DNA from: a virus
Lineage: Duplodnaviria; Caudoviricetes
IMG/VR virus record: IMGVR_UViG_3300028792_000027
Location: 1 to 56,533 of that record
Strand: one strand, 5' to 3'
DNA: 56,533 nt
Position 1 is the first letter of the stretch, and every line of letters starts with the position of its first letter. A program made the position numbers and the translations under genes. The notes beneath the pieces are model-generated. The model was not told the DNA's origin and did not search any database. It saw nothing but the letters and a program-made list of their open reading frames with translations. Positions 9,256 to 18,505 of this stretch are shown here, one piece after another.

Positions 9256-10247
9256 CCGCAGCCGTTTACAGCGGCGGGGCTGGGCTGGCCGCGCCGTTCC
9301 CGTGGTTCGGCGGCAAATCCCGCGCAGCGCACGCGATATGGCAACGTTTCGGTGACCCACCCAACTATGTGGAGCCGTTCGCCGGTTCCCTCGCTGTCCT
9401 CCTCGCCAGGCCGGACGGCGGCCGGAGGGTTGAGACGGTGAACGATAAGGACGCGTTCGTGTCCAACTTTTGGAGGGCCGTCACCGCCGACCCGGAAGGC
9501 ACGGCGCGTTACGCGGACTGGCCGGTGAACGAGAACGACCTACATGCACGGCACGCCTACCTCGTAGGAATTCGGGACGGGTTCCGGGCACGGATTGAGG
9601 GTGACCCGGACTTCTTCGACCCTCGGGTGGCGGGCTGGTGGGCGTGGGGGGTTTGCAACTGGATCGGGTCCGGGTTTTGTAGCGGTGCCGGGCCGTGGAC
9701 GGTGCGCGATGGAGAGTTGGTGCGCGACCCCGGCCATGCGGGCGCGGGTGTCAAGCGGCAACTGCCGCACCTCTGGCGGGCTCGCGGTATCAACCGGACG
9801 GCGGCACCCCTAGGTGACGTTTACGCCTGGTTCGCCGCGCTCGCGGACAGGCTCCGAACCGTCCGCGTCACATCCGGCGACTGGACCCGCGTCCTAAGCG
9901 AAACCGTAACCACCCGTCGTGGTGTCACCGGCATCCTCCTCGACCCGCCCTACAGTTCAGCGGTCGATCAGTGGCGTGTATACGCCTCCGACGACCTCCT
10001 CATCGCGCACGCGGTACGCGATTGGGCCGCAGTGAACGGCGGCCACCCGCTGATGCGGATCGCGCTTTGCGGCTACGCGGGTGAAGGCCACGAGGCGTTG
10101 GAGGACGCCGGGTGGACCGTCCACAGGTTGAAGGCGCAAGGCGGGTACGGCGCCGGTCGCGACAATACCAGCCGGGAGGCGGTGTGGTTCTCCCCTCACT
10201 GCCTCCCTGTGACCCCGCAGCCATCTCTGTTCGGCGCCGCATCATGA
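9252..10247 (+). CDS. Dam-like (D12 class) DNA adenine methyltransferase
   Basis: PFPWFGGKS, YVEPFAGS, ETVND, LLDPPY. Confidence 0.85.
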   Translation: MTAAVYSGGAGLAAPFPWFGGKSRAAHAIWQRFGDPPNYVEPFAGSLAVLLARPDGGRRVETVNDKDAFVSNFWRAVTADPEGTARYADWPVNENDLHARHAYLVGIRDGFRARIEGDPDFFDPRVAGWWAWGVCNWIGSGFCSGAGPWTVRDGELVRDPGHAGAGVKRQLPHLWRARGINRTAAPLGDVYAWFAALADRLRTVRVTSGDWTRVLSETVTTRRGVTGILLDPPYSSAVDQWRVYASDDLLIAHAVRDWAAVNGGHPLMRIALCGYAGEGHEALEDAGWTVHRLKAQGGYGAGRDNTSREAVWFSPHCLPVTPQPSLFGAAS

Positions 10248-10462
10248 CCCCCCTACCGGTGCACCTGCGTAGGGACGGGGTGTTGTGGGCCGTGAACCGG
10301 GTTCTGTTCCACCCCAGGGGGTTCGCGTTGGCGAAGGGCGTCCGGGGCGGCTTGTACCTGCATGGTGACGGGACGAGCCCTCTGTCGTTTGGGATGGTGG
10401 ATATGGAGGATGAGAAGTTGGCTGCGTTCGAGGCGCTACTGGACCGCGCCCGCCCGAGCTAA
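10244..10462 (+). CDS. Hypothetical protein
   Basis: ATGA overlap; LRRDGVLWAVNRVLFHPRGFALA resembles small phage proteins. Confidence 0.6.
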   Translation: MTPLPVHLRRDGVLWAVNRVLFHPRGFALAKGVRGGLYLHGDGTSPLSFGMVDMEDEKLAAFEALLDRARPS

Positions 10463-10891
10463 CTGGTGGTGCGCGGCGCGGCGCAGCCATTCGGCTCTGC
10501 TTACCCCGTCCGCCCGCGCGGCTTCGTCGACCTTGGCGAGCAGATCCGGCGGGAACTTCACGCTGAATGCTGGGCCGACCTCGGGACGTCCGCCAAGGTT
10601 CGGGCCGGACTCGTCCTCGATTTCACCGAAGAACCGGCGTACCGCGTCGTCGTTGGATTCAGTCTTGAGCAGCCACTCTTTAGCGGCGTCTCCGGTGAGG
10701 TATTCGTAGGTGGCGGGCGTGTCGCCGTAGCCCGACTTGTGTCGGAGAACCCACCGGTCGCTGGGGGTGCGGTACAGGGTCTCATGCGGGTCGGATCCGT
10801 AGAACGCTTCCGCCCGGTCGGGGTCGAACCACCCAACGAACGCCCGGTCCGCCTGAAAGTCGAAGTAGTCGTAGATGTTGGTCCTGGTCAT
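10436..10891 (-). CDS. Ribbon-helix-helix (CopG-like) domain protein
   Basis: GGRPEVGPAFSVKFPPDLLAKVDEAARADGVSRAEWLRRA. Confidence 0.75.
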   Translation of the reverse strand: MTRTNIYDYFDFQADRAFVGWFDPDRAEAFYGSDPHETLYRTPSDRWVLRHKSGYGDTPATYEYLTGDAAKEWLLKTESNDDAVRRFFGEIEDESGPNLGGRPEVGPAFSVKFPPDLLAKVDEAARADGVSRAEWLRRAAHHQLARAGAVQ

Positions 10892-10927
10892 TGTCTCTGT
10901 CCTTGCTCTCGGTTGCTGATACCGTTA

Positions 10928-10955
10928 ACTATACGCGGTCCAGGCTAGTTGTCAA
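10928..10955 (-). promoter_or_regulatory. Canonical SigA-type promoter
   Basis: TTGACA-N16-TATAGT on minus strand, upstream of the RHH gene. Confidence 0.7.
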
Positions 10956-10982
10956 TACCGGAAACCTAGGCACTTACCAACC

Positions 10983-11003
10983 CCGGACGCGCCTGGGGAC
11001 ACT
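10983..11003 (+). promoter_or_regulatory. CCGGACG-box promoter (leaderless)
   Basis: CCGGACG-N8-GACACT-N7-GTG(11011). Confidence 0.85.
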
Positions 11004-11010
11004 CCGATCC

Positions 11011-11871
11011 GTGGCCGTGATCACGTTGCAGATGGACAAGGCCATCACCGGCCTCGGCCGGAAATACGACGTGATCACCATCGACCAATCCCCCGCCACC
11101 GACGCTTTGATAGCGAACGGGGAAGCGCACCTGTACACCGGCCCGACGGTTGACGCGCCGTACGTGCAGACCGTCACCTACGTCAAGACCGTCAACGGGC
11201 TCAAGCCGGACGGGTCTGGGAACGTCACCGTCGCGGGCGGCACCGGCACCATCGGCACGGTCACGATCAGCGGCACCCCCGCGACCGGGCAAGTGCCTAC
11301 GGCGGTGTCGGGGACGGCTGCGACGTGGCAGGCCCCCACAGGCGGGTCCGGCGTCACCGTCGGCACCACAGCGGGGACGGTCGCGGCGGGGGATGATGTG
11401 CGGATCACTTCCGCGCCGGACGCTCGGGTTGTCGCGCTCGGCAACATCACCGGCGCGGTGAACCTCGACCTCAGTCTCGGGACGGTGTTCACGGGCACCC
11501 TGACCGGCGACGTCACCGCGTCGTTCACGAACCCGCCCGCGTCGGGGAAGCTCAGCGAGCCGCTGATCCGGTTCGTCCAGGACGGCGTCGGCAGCCACCT
11601 GCTCACGGTGGCGGGCGTGTTGTGGGTGTACCCCGGCGGGACGGTCGGCGCCACAGCACCCGCTGTACCGGCGACACCCAGCAGCCAAATCACCATCCCG
11701 TTCCTGTCGTCGAACGGGTTCGCGACCGTCTACGGATTCGCCCCCTACTCCTTCATCGGCATGCCGCCGGTGGCGGGCAGTGCGGGGCAGGTGTTGACGC
11801 TCGCGTCGGATGGGACGGTCACGTGGGCCACCCCCGCCACGGGCACCGGGACGAGCAGCGGGTTCTGGTGA
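11011..11871 (+). CDS. Virion fibre/decoration protein with shared N-terminal domain
   Basis: MAVITLQMDKAITGLGRKYDV.. homologous to N-terminus of 48..1718; TVNG..PDGSGNVTV and GTTAGTVAAGDD modules. Confidence 0.75.
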   Translation: MAVITLQMDKAITGLGRKYDVITIDQSPATDALIANGEAHLYTGPTVDAPYVQTVTYVKTVNGLKPDGSGNVTVAGGTGTIGTVTISGTPATGQVPTAVSGTAATWQAPTGGSGVTVGTTAGTVAAGDDVRITSAPDARVVALGNITGAVNLDLSLGTVFTGTLTGDVTASFTNPPASGKLSEPLIRFVQDGVGSHLLTVAGVLWVYPGGTVGATAPAVPATPSSQITIPFLSSNGFATVYGFAPYSFIGMPPVAGSAGQVLTLASDGTVTWATPATGTGTSSGFW

Positions 11872-12488
11872 GGGTCCTCTCCCCGGTCACGGTCCTACCG
11901 CCGACCCTGCCGACCCCCGGCCCGCCGACGGCTGTGACAGTGTCGGCGGGTGACGGGCAGGCGACCGTCGGCTGGTCGGCGCCGTCGTCGCCGGGCGGCA
12001 CCCCCATCACCTCATACACCGTCACCCTGAACACGGGGACGGTCCTCACCACCACGGGCTTCACGGTCACGTTCACGGGCCTCACGAACGGCGTGGCCTA
12101 CACCGCCACCGTCAGGGCCGTCAACAGCGCCGGGGCGGGCGTCGGGACCGTCAGCGGCCTGTTCACCCCCCTCGGGCTGCCTGGCGCGCCCACGGCCCTC
12201 ACAGCGTTCGTCGGCGACGGGCAAGCGACCCTCAACTGGACCGCCCCCGCGACCGGAGGCGCCCCCATCACCTCCTACACGGTCACCCCGACAGGCGGGA
12301 CCGTGACCCGGACGGGCACCACAGCCACGGTCACGGGCCTCACCAACGGCGTCGCGTATTCGGCGACCGTCGCCGCTGTCACGTCCGTCGGCACCGGCCC
12401 AACCTCGACCGTCGGTTTCACGCCCGGAGCGGCCGCGTACCCGTCCGACGCCCTCTACCCGACCGACGCCCTCTACCCCACCGCCTAG
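11868..12488 (+). CDS. Tandem fibronectin type III protein
   Basis: Two repeats PGxPT..AGDGQATxxW..GGxPITSYTV..GLTNGVAY; C-terminal YP/LYP repeats. Confidence 0.8.
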   Translation: MRVLSPVTVLPPTLPTPGPPTAVTVSAGDGQATVGWSAPSSPGGTPITSYTVTLNTGTVLTTTGFTVTFTGLTNGVAYTATVRAVNSAGAGVGTVSGLFTPLGLPGAPTALTAFVGDGQATLNWTAPATGGAPITSYTVTPTGGTVTRTGTTATVTGLTNGVAYSATVAAVTSVGTGPTSTVGFTPGAAAYPSDALYPTDALYPTA

Positions 12489-12496
12489 GAGGACCC

Positions 12497-12799
12497 GTGG
12501 CTGACATCACCTACGTCGCGACCACGTGGGCCAACTCACCAGCGACCAGCTCGAAGCTGAACGCGACCAACCTGAACAACCTCGAAGCGGGCGTGACAGC
12601 CGCCACCGGGCAAGCCAATTTGGCGTTGCAAACGTTCCGGGGCACCGAATGCCTCATCATCTACACCGGCACCGTCCCCGTCCGAACCACCGGGACGGCG
12701 GACACGCTCAGGCCGGTGAAGTGGCGCGGCCCCACCGCCCCCACCATCGGCGGTGCGTACGCGATCGCGGGCCTCGACGTGTGGCAGCCGACGCCGTGA
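12497..12799 (+). CDS. Small virion fibre/adaptor protein
   Basis: AGGAGG RBS; TW....LNATNLNNLEAGV fibre N-terminal motif. Confidence 0.65.
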   Translation: MADITYVATTWANSPATSSKLNATNLNNLEAGVTAATGQANLALQTFRGTECLIIYTGTVPVRTTGTADTLRPVKWRGPTAPTIGGAYAIAGLDVWQPTP

Positions 12800-13947
12800 G
12801 CACCGGCGTCTGGTTCGCGAGGCCCACGAACGTGTGGCGCCGCTACCGGCGGCCCGATGTGGGGACGGTCCGCCCATCCGGCACCGGCTACACGACCCTC
12901 GAATCCGTCGACACGGGCGGGAGCCTCGTGTCCGGCAAGTGGGTTTGGGGGTCCGGTGTTACGTTGCAATCGGTGCTCACCACGGCCGCACCGAACGTCC
13001 TGACTTTGCCGGTCGGGATATTCGAGTTCGACGACTTCGCCCAGTCCGGGCAATGGGGCATTTTGGTTCCCGCCACGTCGGGCGGCATCGCCGGGTCCGG
13101 GCCGGGCACCGTCCTCCGCATGCGGGCCGGCACGTCCACGAAAGCGTCCTCGGTACCGGTCCAGTCGACGGCCGCGACCAACCCCCTCTACCTGATAAGG
13201 GCCACCGGAGGCAGCGACCAGCAGTTCACCAACTTTCAGCTACAGGGCACCGACCAGCAGACCGACCCGAACACCGGCAAACCGCACTGCTACAACGGGC
13301 TCATGGTGGGTTTGTGGCCGGACGGGCACCCCGCCACGTTGGACAACCTCCTCATCAACGGTATTCGGGGTGACGCGGGTAGCCAGCCGGGGGAGACGTT
13401 CGGCATCAACGTCTATAGCTGCCTGGACGTGACGATCAAGAACTGTGAAGTCAGCGGCTACATGGTTGACGGCACCACCAGGGTCGGGTCGTCCCCTATC
13501 GGGTTCAACTCGTTCCGGGGCACTCCCGGCCGGGTCCACGTCCGCAACTGCTATCTGCATGACGCGACGATAGGCCAATTCACGATGTACCAGACCAGTG
13601 ACGTGACGACGGTTGATGTGCAGTCGACGCGGAACACTAGAGCGTTCAACCACGAACGGACAGCCAGGGTCACGCACGTCAACCCCGTCGCCGTCGTTGA
13701 TGCTGGCTTGGCGCCGAACGGGATGCATTTCGCGTACGCCAACCCGCAACTAACGGCGTGGCCGGACTCGCCGAACACCATCCAGAACCCGGCGCACCCC
13801 GGCGACAGTCACCTTGACGGGAAGCTGGCGGTGATGGTGCAAGACACGTACGCGGGCGCGGCGAACCAGCAGACCACTTTGCCGACCATCCTGGACGCGG
13901 CCGGTAACCCGGTCACGTTCACGACCGTAGCGACGAGGTACCACTAG
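12796..13947 (+). CDS. Pectin lyase-fold beta-helix protein
   Basis: GTGA overlap; LTLPVGIFE, GIAGSGPGTVL, beta-helix-like repeats. Confidence 0.6.
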   Translation: MSTGVWFARPTNVWRRYRRPDVGTVRPSGTGYTTLESVDTGGSLVSGKWVWGSGVTLQSVLTTAAPNVLTLPVGIFEFDDFAQSGQWGILVPATSGGIAGSGPGTVLRMRAGTSTKASSVPVQSTAATNPLYLIRATGGSDQQFTNFQLQGTDQQTDPNTGKPHCYNGLMVGLWPDGHPATLDNLLINGIRGDAGSQPGETFGINVYSCLDVTIKNCEVSGYMVDGTTRVGSSPIGFNSFRGTPGRVHVRNCYLHDATIGQFTMYQTSDVTTVDVQSTRNTRAFNHERTARVTHVNPVAVVDAGLAPNGMHFAYANPQLTAWPDSPNTIQNPAHPGDSHLDGKLAVMVQDTYAGAANQQTTLPTILDAAGNPVTFTTVATRYH

Positions 13948-14979
13948 ATGACCACCTACAGCAACAACGCGGCCGGGGGTACGAACGGGACAGCCGTTAC
14001 GGTCGCGAACTCGGGCGGCACATCCGGCACCCCCTTCGGGCAAGTCAATAAGGTCGGCACCGGTTCGGTGACGTTCACCAACAGTCACACGGTCGGCGTG
14101 TCACCCTTGTCGTATGCGGTGCAGGCCCCGTCGGCGACGGACGTAGCCCAACTGATCACCCCGTCGTATGCGACGGTCGCGGACGGCGCGGCCAGGATAT
14201 CGTTCTGGTTCAACACCCTGCCTTCAGCGACGTGCGACTTCGTGACCGTCCGCAACACGAGCTCGGTCATGTGCAAAGCCCAAATCTTGGGCACCGGGAA
14301 ACTGAGGCTCACGAACGTCTCATCCGGCACCCTCCACGACTTCACCACCACCCTGACGACGGGCGGCTGGTACACCCTCGACATGCAAGCCTCCGCCAGG
14401 ACCACGGCCGGAGCCTCACGGGTGCAGGCCGCGCTGTACGTCGGCGACGTCGCAGCGGGCACTTCACCTACGGAAACCTATGATTCGGGGTTCGCCGCCG
14501 ATTTGGGGACCACGGGCGCGATCGACCACTACAGGTTCGGGAAGATCACCGCGACCGGCGTCACGATGGACGTCCTCCTCGGCCGGTTGGCGTGGTCAAC
14601 GTTCTCCCCGACCCTGTTGGGGATTCCGGTGAACGACCAGCCGCCCGTAGCGAACGCCGGGGCGGACCAGGCGAGTGTGGAGCCGTGGGCGACCGTCACG
14701 TTGGACGGGTCGGCGTCGACGGACCCGGACGGCACCGTGACCGCGTGGGCGTGGCGGCAAATCAGCGGCACCACCGTGACACTCACAGGCACCGGCGCCA
14801 CCAGAACCTTCCAAGCTCCGGCGTCGATGGCCGGTGACTACCTCGTGTTCGGGCTCACCGTAACCGATGACTTGGCTGTCACGTCGGCGGAGGACACCAC
14901 GATCGTGCAGGTCCTGCCGGCGACCGAATTCCTCGCCACCGCTACGGGGTGGCAGCCCATCCGAACCGTCATCCTCTGA
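13948..14979 (+). CDS. Lectin-like plus PKD/Ig-domain virion protein
   Basis: PPVANAGADQ..VTLDGSASTDPDGTVTAWAWRQISG..FGLTVTDD. Confidence 0.75.
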   Translation: MTTYSNNAAGGTNGTAVTVANSGGTSGTPFGQVNKVGTGSVTFTNSHTVGVSPLSYAVQAPSATDVAQLITPSYATVADGAARISFWFNTLPSATCDFVTVRNTSSVMCKAQILGTGKLRLTNVSSGTLHDFTTTLTTGGWYTLDMQASARTTAGASRVQAALYVGDVAAGTSPTETYDSGFAADLGTTGAIDHYRFGKITATGVTMDVLLGRLAWSTFSPTLLGIPVNDQPPVANAGADQASVEPWATVTLDGSASTDPDGTVTAWAWRQISGTTVTLTGTGATRTFQAPASMAGDYLVFGLTVTDDLAVTSAEDTTIVQVLPATEFLATATGWQPIRTVIL

Positions 14980-14988
14980 GGGAGTCTC

Positions 14989-17010
14989 GTGTCCGCGCCT
15001 ATCGTTGTCCAGCCCGCCGCCGGGAACCCGGCCATTGTGGTGTCTGAAGCGTCGGGTGCGGGCCCGCCGATCGGCACGGGGCCGGGCACTGTCGCGGCGG
15101 GGGACGACTCCAGGATTGTGGGGGCGGCGCAGAAGGCCGCGAACCTGTCGGATCTCGCGTCGGCGGTAACGGCCAGGTCGAACCTGGGGCTCGGGTCGGC
15201 GGCCACCTCGGCGAGTTCGGCGTTCGACGCTTCCGGGGCGGCGTCCACGGTCCAAGCGTTCGCCGTCCAACGAGCCAATCACACGGGGACGCAGGCAGCG
15301 GCGACCATCAGCGACTTCGCCGCAGCCGTCACAGGTAACGCGACGGTGGCGGCGAACACCACGAAACTCGCCGGTATCGCGGCGGGGGCGACCGCGAACG
15401 CGACGGACGCGCAACTGAGGGACCGCGCCACCCACACCGGCACCCAGTCAGCCGACACATTGACGGACGGCGCCACGAACAAGGCTTTCCTCGCGACTGA
15501 GCGGACGAAACTCGCCGGGATATCGGCGGGTGCGACGGTGGGTCTGCTACCAGCGTCGAACCTGTCTGACGTGACCGACCCGGCGGCGTCCCGGACGAAC
15601 CTCGGCCTCGGCACCGCCGCCACCCAAGCCGCTACGGCGTTCGACGCTTCGGGGGCCGCTGGTACGGCGCAGGCGTTCGCGATCCAACGCGGCAACCACA
15701 CCGGCACGCAATCAGCGGACACGTTGACCGACGGGGCCACGGTCAAGGCGTTCCTCGCCACCGAGCGGACGAAGCTGAGCGGTATCGCGGCGGGCGCCAC
15801 CGTCGGACTGCTACCAGCCTCGAACCTGTCCGACCTCGCATCAGCCGCGACAGCTAGAACCAACCTCGGGCTAGGCACCGCAGCGACCCAAGCGAGCTCG
15901 GCGTTCGCTACAGCCGCAGCGGCCGCCGTCCTCACCCTCACCCCCACCGCAACGAAAACCGGCGCGTACACCGCCGCGCCGCAGGACCTCGTCCTCACCG
16001 ACGCCACCAGCGGCGCCTTCGCCGTCACCCTCCCCACGGCGCCCGCCGACGCCACCCTCATCGCCGTCAAGAAACTCGACTCCACCACCAACACGGTCAC
16101 AGTCACGTGCGGCGGGAGCGACACGTACGCGGTCGGCGGCACAACCAACGCCCTGACCGTGCAAGGGCACGCGGTCACAGTCCGGTACCAAACCGCGACC
16201 GGCAAATGGATCACCCTGTCCAATGACCTGCCGCTCACGCAGGCCGATACCCGTTACGCCCGCACCGTCAACAACCTGTCCGACTTGGCGTCCGCCGCCA
16301 CAGCGAGGACCAACCTCGGACTCGGTACGGCCGCGACCTCAGCGACCACCGCGTTCGACGCGTCCGGCGCCGCTACGACCGCGCAGGCAGCGATAAACAC
16401 CATCCTCGGCACGACACCGCAACGCCAATACGCGGACCTGAAACAGCGCCTCGACAGGTTCACCGAAGCCGCCGCCCTCACCCTCATCCCACCCCAAGCC
16501 ATGGGGTTCCTCGCGTGGAACGGCCCCCCGCCACTCGCGTCATCGAACTCCGGCATCAGCGTCGGGTTCGTGTTCTACATTAGGATCCCCATCCTGGAGA
16601 CGATCAGTCCTACGAAGATGTCGTGTGACCTCACCACGTCCGGGACCGCCGTGTCCAACGCCTACATGGGTATCCACTCAAGTGACGGGCAGACCCTGCT
16701 GGCGCAGACGGCTGACATTTCCGCCGCCATCCAATCCGGCGGCCTCGTCACCGCGTCCCTCACCTCGACCCCGACGTTGACGGGTGGGGACAGCAATTAT
16801 GTGTGGGGTGAGATCCTGATGGGCGCGGCTACCGGCGCGAGCTTCCTGCGGATCACGGCGCAGCCCGTAGCGCTCAACTTCGGCCTGACGGGCGCGAACG
16901 CGTACGCGGGAAGGTCCACGGCGGGCGGCCTGACGGCGCTACCGGCGACGTTCACGCCGGGGTCTATGAACATCTCGTCGGTGCAGTCGACGTGGCTGGC
17001 GTTGTCCTGA
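14989..17010 (+). CDS. Tail/head fibre protein
   Basis: Repeated NLSDLASAATARTNLGLG, RANHTGTQ and ERTKLAGI units. Confidence 0.8.
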   Translation: MSAPIVVQPAAGNPAIVVSEASGAGPPIGTGPGTVAAGDDSRIVGAAQKAANLSDLASAVTARSNLGLGSAATSASSAFDASGAASTVQAFAVQRANHTGTQAAATISDFAAAVTGNATVAANTTKLAGIAAGATANATDAQLRDRATHTGTQSADTLTDGATNKAFLATERTKLAGISAGATVGLLPASNLSDVTDPAASRTNLGLGTAATQAATAFDASGAAGTAQAFAIQRGNHTGTQSADTLTDGATVKAFLATERTKLSGIAAGATVGLLPASNLSDLASAATARTNLGLGTAATQASSAFATAAAAAVLTLTPTATKTGAYTAAPQDLVLTDATSGAFAVTLPTAPADATLIAVKKLDSTTNTVTVTCGGSDTYAVGGTTNALTVQGHAVTVRYQTATGKWITLSNDLPLTQADTRYARTVNNLSDLASAATARTNLGLGTAATSATTAFDASGAATTAQAAINTILGTTPQRQYADLKQRLDRFTEAAALTLIPPQAMGFLAWNGPPPLASSNSGISVGFVFYIRIPILETISPTKMSCDLTTSGTAVSNAYMGIHSSDGQTLLAQTADISAAIQSGGLVTASLTSTPTLTGGDSNYVWGEILMGAATGASFLRITAQPVALNFGLTGANAYAGRSTAGGLTALPATFTPGSMNISSVQSTWLALS

Positions 17011-17306
17011 TGGCGACGACGAACCGGGTCGACCGGGGTGACTACACCGAGGTTGTGACGGGCGAGCCGGCGTGGGACAACCCCACGGTGTGGGTGACGA
17101 GGAGTGTGGAGTGGAAGGCGGGGACGGAGGGTGCGAACCGTGACGCGATCTTGACGGCGGCGGGGAACGCGCTCACCGCGAACGCGACTTATTTGGCTAT
17201 CGGGGCGCCGACGACGGGGCAGGCGGTGGCGCAGGTCGCGGCGTTGACGCGTCAGGTGGATGCGCTGATCAGGTTGCAGATCGGCCGGCTGGACGGCACC
17301 ACATGA
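17010..17306 (+). CDS. Hypothetical protein (possible fibre chaperone)
   Basis: TGATG coupling to the fibre gene. Confidence 0.6.
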   Translation: MATTNRVDRGDYTEVVTGEPAWDNPTVWVTRSVEWKAGTEGANRDAILTAAGNALTANATYLAIGAPTTGQAVAQVAALTRQVDALIRLQIGRLDGTT

Positions 17307-18475
17307 CCCCCCTCGGTGTGGACGTGAAAGAGTTCGGGGCGGTGGGCGACTGGGACCCCATCAGCAAGACCGGGACGGATGACACGGCCGCTGTGCAGGC
17401 AGCGCTTAACGCCGTATCCGGCGGGGGTGGGCTGTCAGCGGGCGGCTTGTGGTGGTCACCCGGCCGGTACCTCATCCGCGACACGTTGACGCTCGGGTCG
17501 AACACGGTCATCCAATCCACGGGCCTCCTGAATTCGGGCAGCGTCAACAACACTGTGGATCGGCTGCCGACGATGGTGCTGTTCGACGGCCCCGACGGGT
17601 CGCCGTGTTTCCATGCCACGGCGCAGCAGAAGATTCTCCTGTCCGGCCTCCGCATCCAAGACATCCGGCAAGGTGCGACAGCGGGTGACGGGGTGCTGTT
17701 CGAGAACGTCCTCAACGGCACCCAGATCGTCAGGTGTGACGTGCGGGACTTCCCCGGCGCGGGCATCCGCATCAAACGCGACGACACCACCAAATACCCC
17801 AGTGATTGTGTCCTCGTCGATGACGTGTGGCTCATGTCCAACGGCACCTACGGCCTCGACCTGGCCGACCTGGACAACACCGTCATCGTCCGGCACATCA
17901 AGGGCGACACGAAAGCCGGGTCCACCATGCGGGCGCTCATACGGTGCGCCGCCGGGGACTACCAGGGGTCCACGGTCACGGTCGAGCACGTGAAGCACGA
18001 GGTCCGCAACGGCGCGTCCACCATCTTCCTCGATACCCTGTACGGGCAGTGCAACATTCGGGGAGTCGTGCAACGCCTCGGGCCGGGCGGGCCGATCGTC
18101 GACATCCAGGGCAACGTCGGGTCGATGGTTGTCATACAAGGCGTGTCCGGTAAAACCGGTGCGACCGGCGGCGCGGCGGGGCAGCTACTCAGGGTCGGCC
18201 GGAATGTCGTGCCCGGTACCCGCCTGCCGCTGTGGGTGGGTGGAGCGGACGGCCTGCAAATCAACGGCGCCACCATCAAAGGCCAGTACGACTCGTGGCA
18301 GCAGATGACCCTCGGCGGCTCCGTCACGGTCGCCGGGAGGGTCGGGTTCTACGGGCAGAAGCCCGCGCTACAACCAACGTTGACCTACTCCCGCGCCACC
18401 GAAACGGCACCGGAGGGGCAACTGAGGGCCGCGCTCACCACGCTCGGCCTCGTCACCGACCGGACCGTCCCCTAA
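17303..18475 (+). CDS. Pectate lyase 3-like tailspike/depolymerase
   Basis: DVKEFGAVGD..TDDTAAVQAALN..PGRYLI. Confidence 0.75.
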   Translation: MTPLGVDVKEFGAVGDWDPISKTGTDDTAAVQAALNAVSGGGGLSAGGLWWSPGRYLIRDTLTLGSNTVIQSTGLLNSGSVNNTVDRLPTMVLFDGPDGSPCFHATAQQKILLSGLRIQDIRQGATAGDGVLFENVLNGTQIVRCDVRDFPGAGIRIKRDDTTKYPSDCVLVDDVWLMSNGTYGLDLADLDNTVIVRHIKGDTKAGSTMRALIRCAAGDYQGSTVTVEHVKHEVRNGASTIFLDTLYGQCNIRGVVQRLGPGGPIVDIQGNVGSMVVIQGVSGKTGATGGAAGQLLRVGRNVVPGTRLPLWVGGADGLQINGATIKGQYDSWQQMTLGGSVTVAGRVGFYGQKPALQPTLTYSRATETAPEGQLRAALTTLGLVTDRTVP

Positions 18476-18477
18476 CC

Positions 18478-18498
18478 CCGGACGCCCGCCGAGACACT
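18478..18498 (+). promoter_or_regulatory. CCGGACG-box promoter (leaderless)
   Basis: CCGGACG-N8-GACACT-N7-GTG(18506). Confidence 0.85.
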
Positions 18499-18505
18499 CC
18501 GTCAC

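Noticed and set aside
10891-11010. ORF-track N-terminal extension of the 11011 gene
   Set aside because: Spans promoter DNA; paralog alignment and the promoter box place the start at 11011
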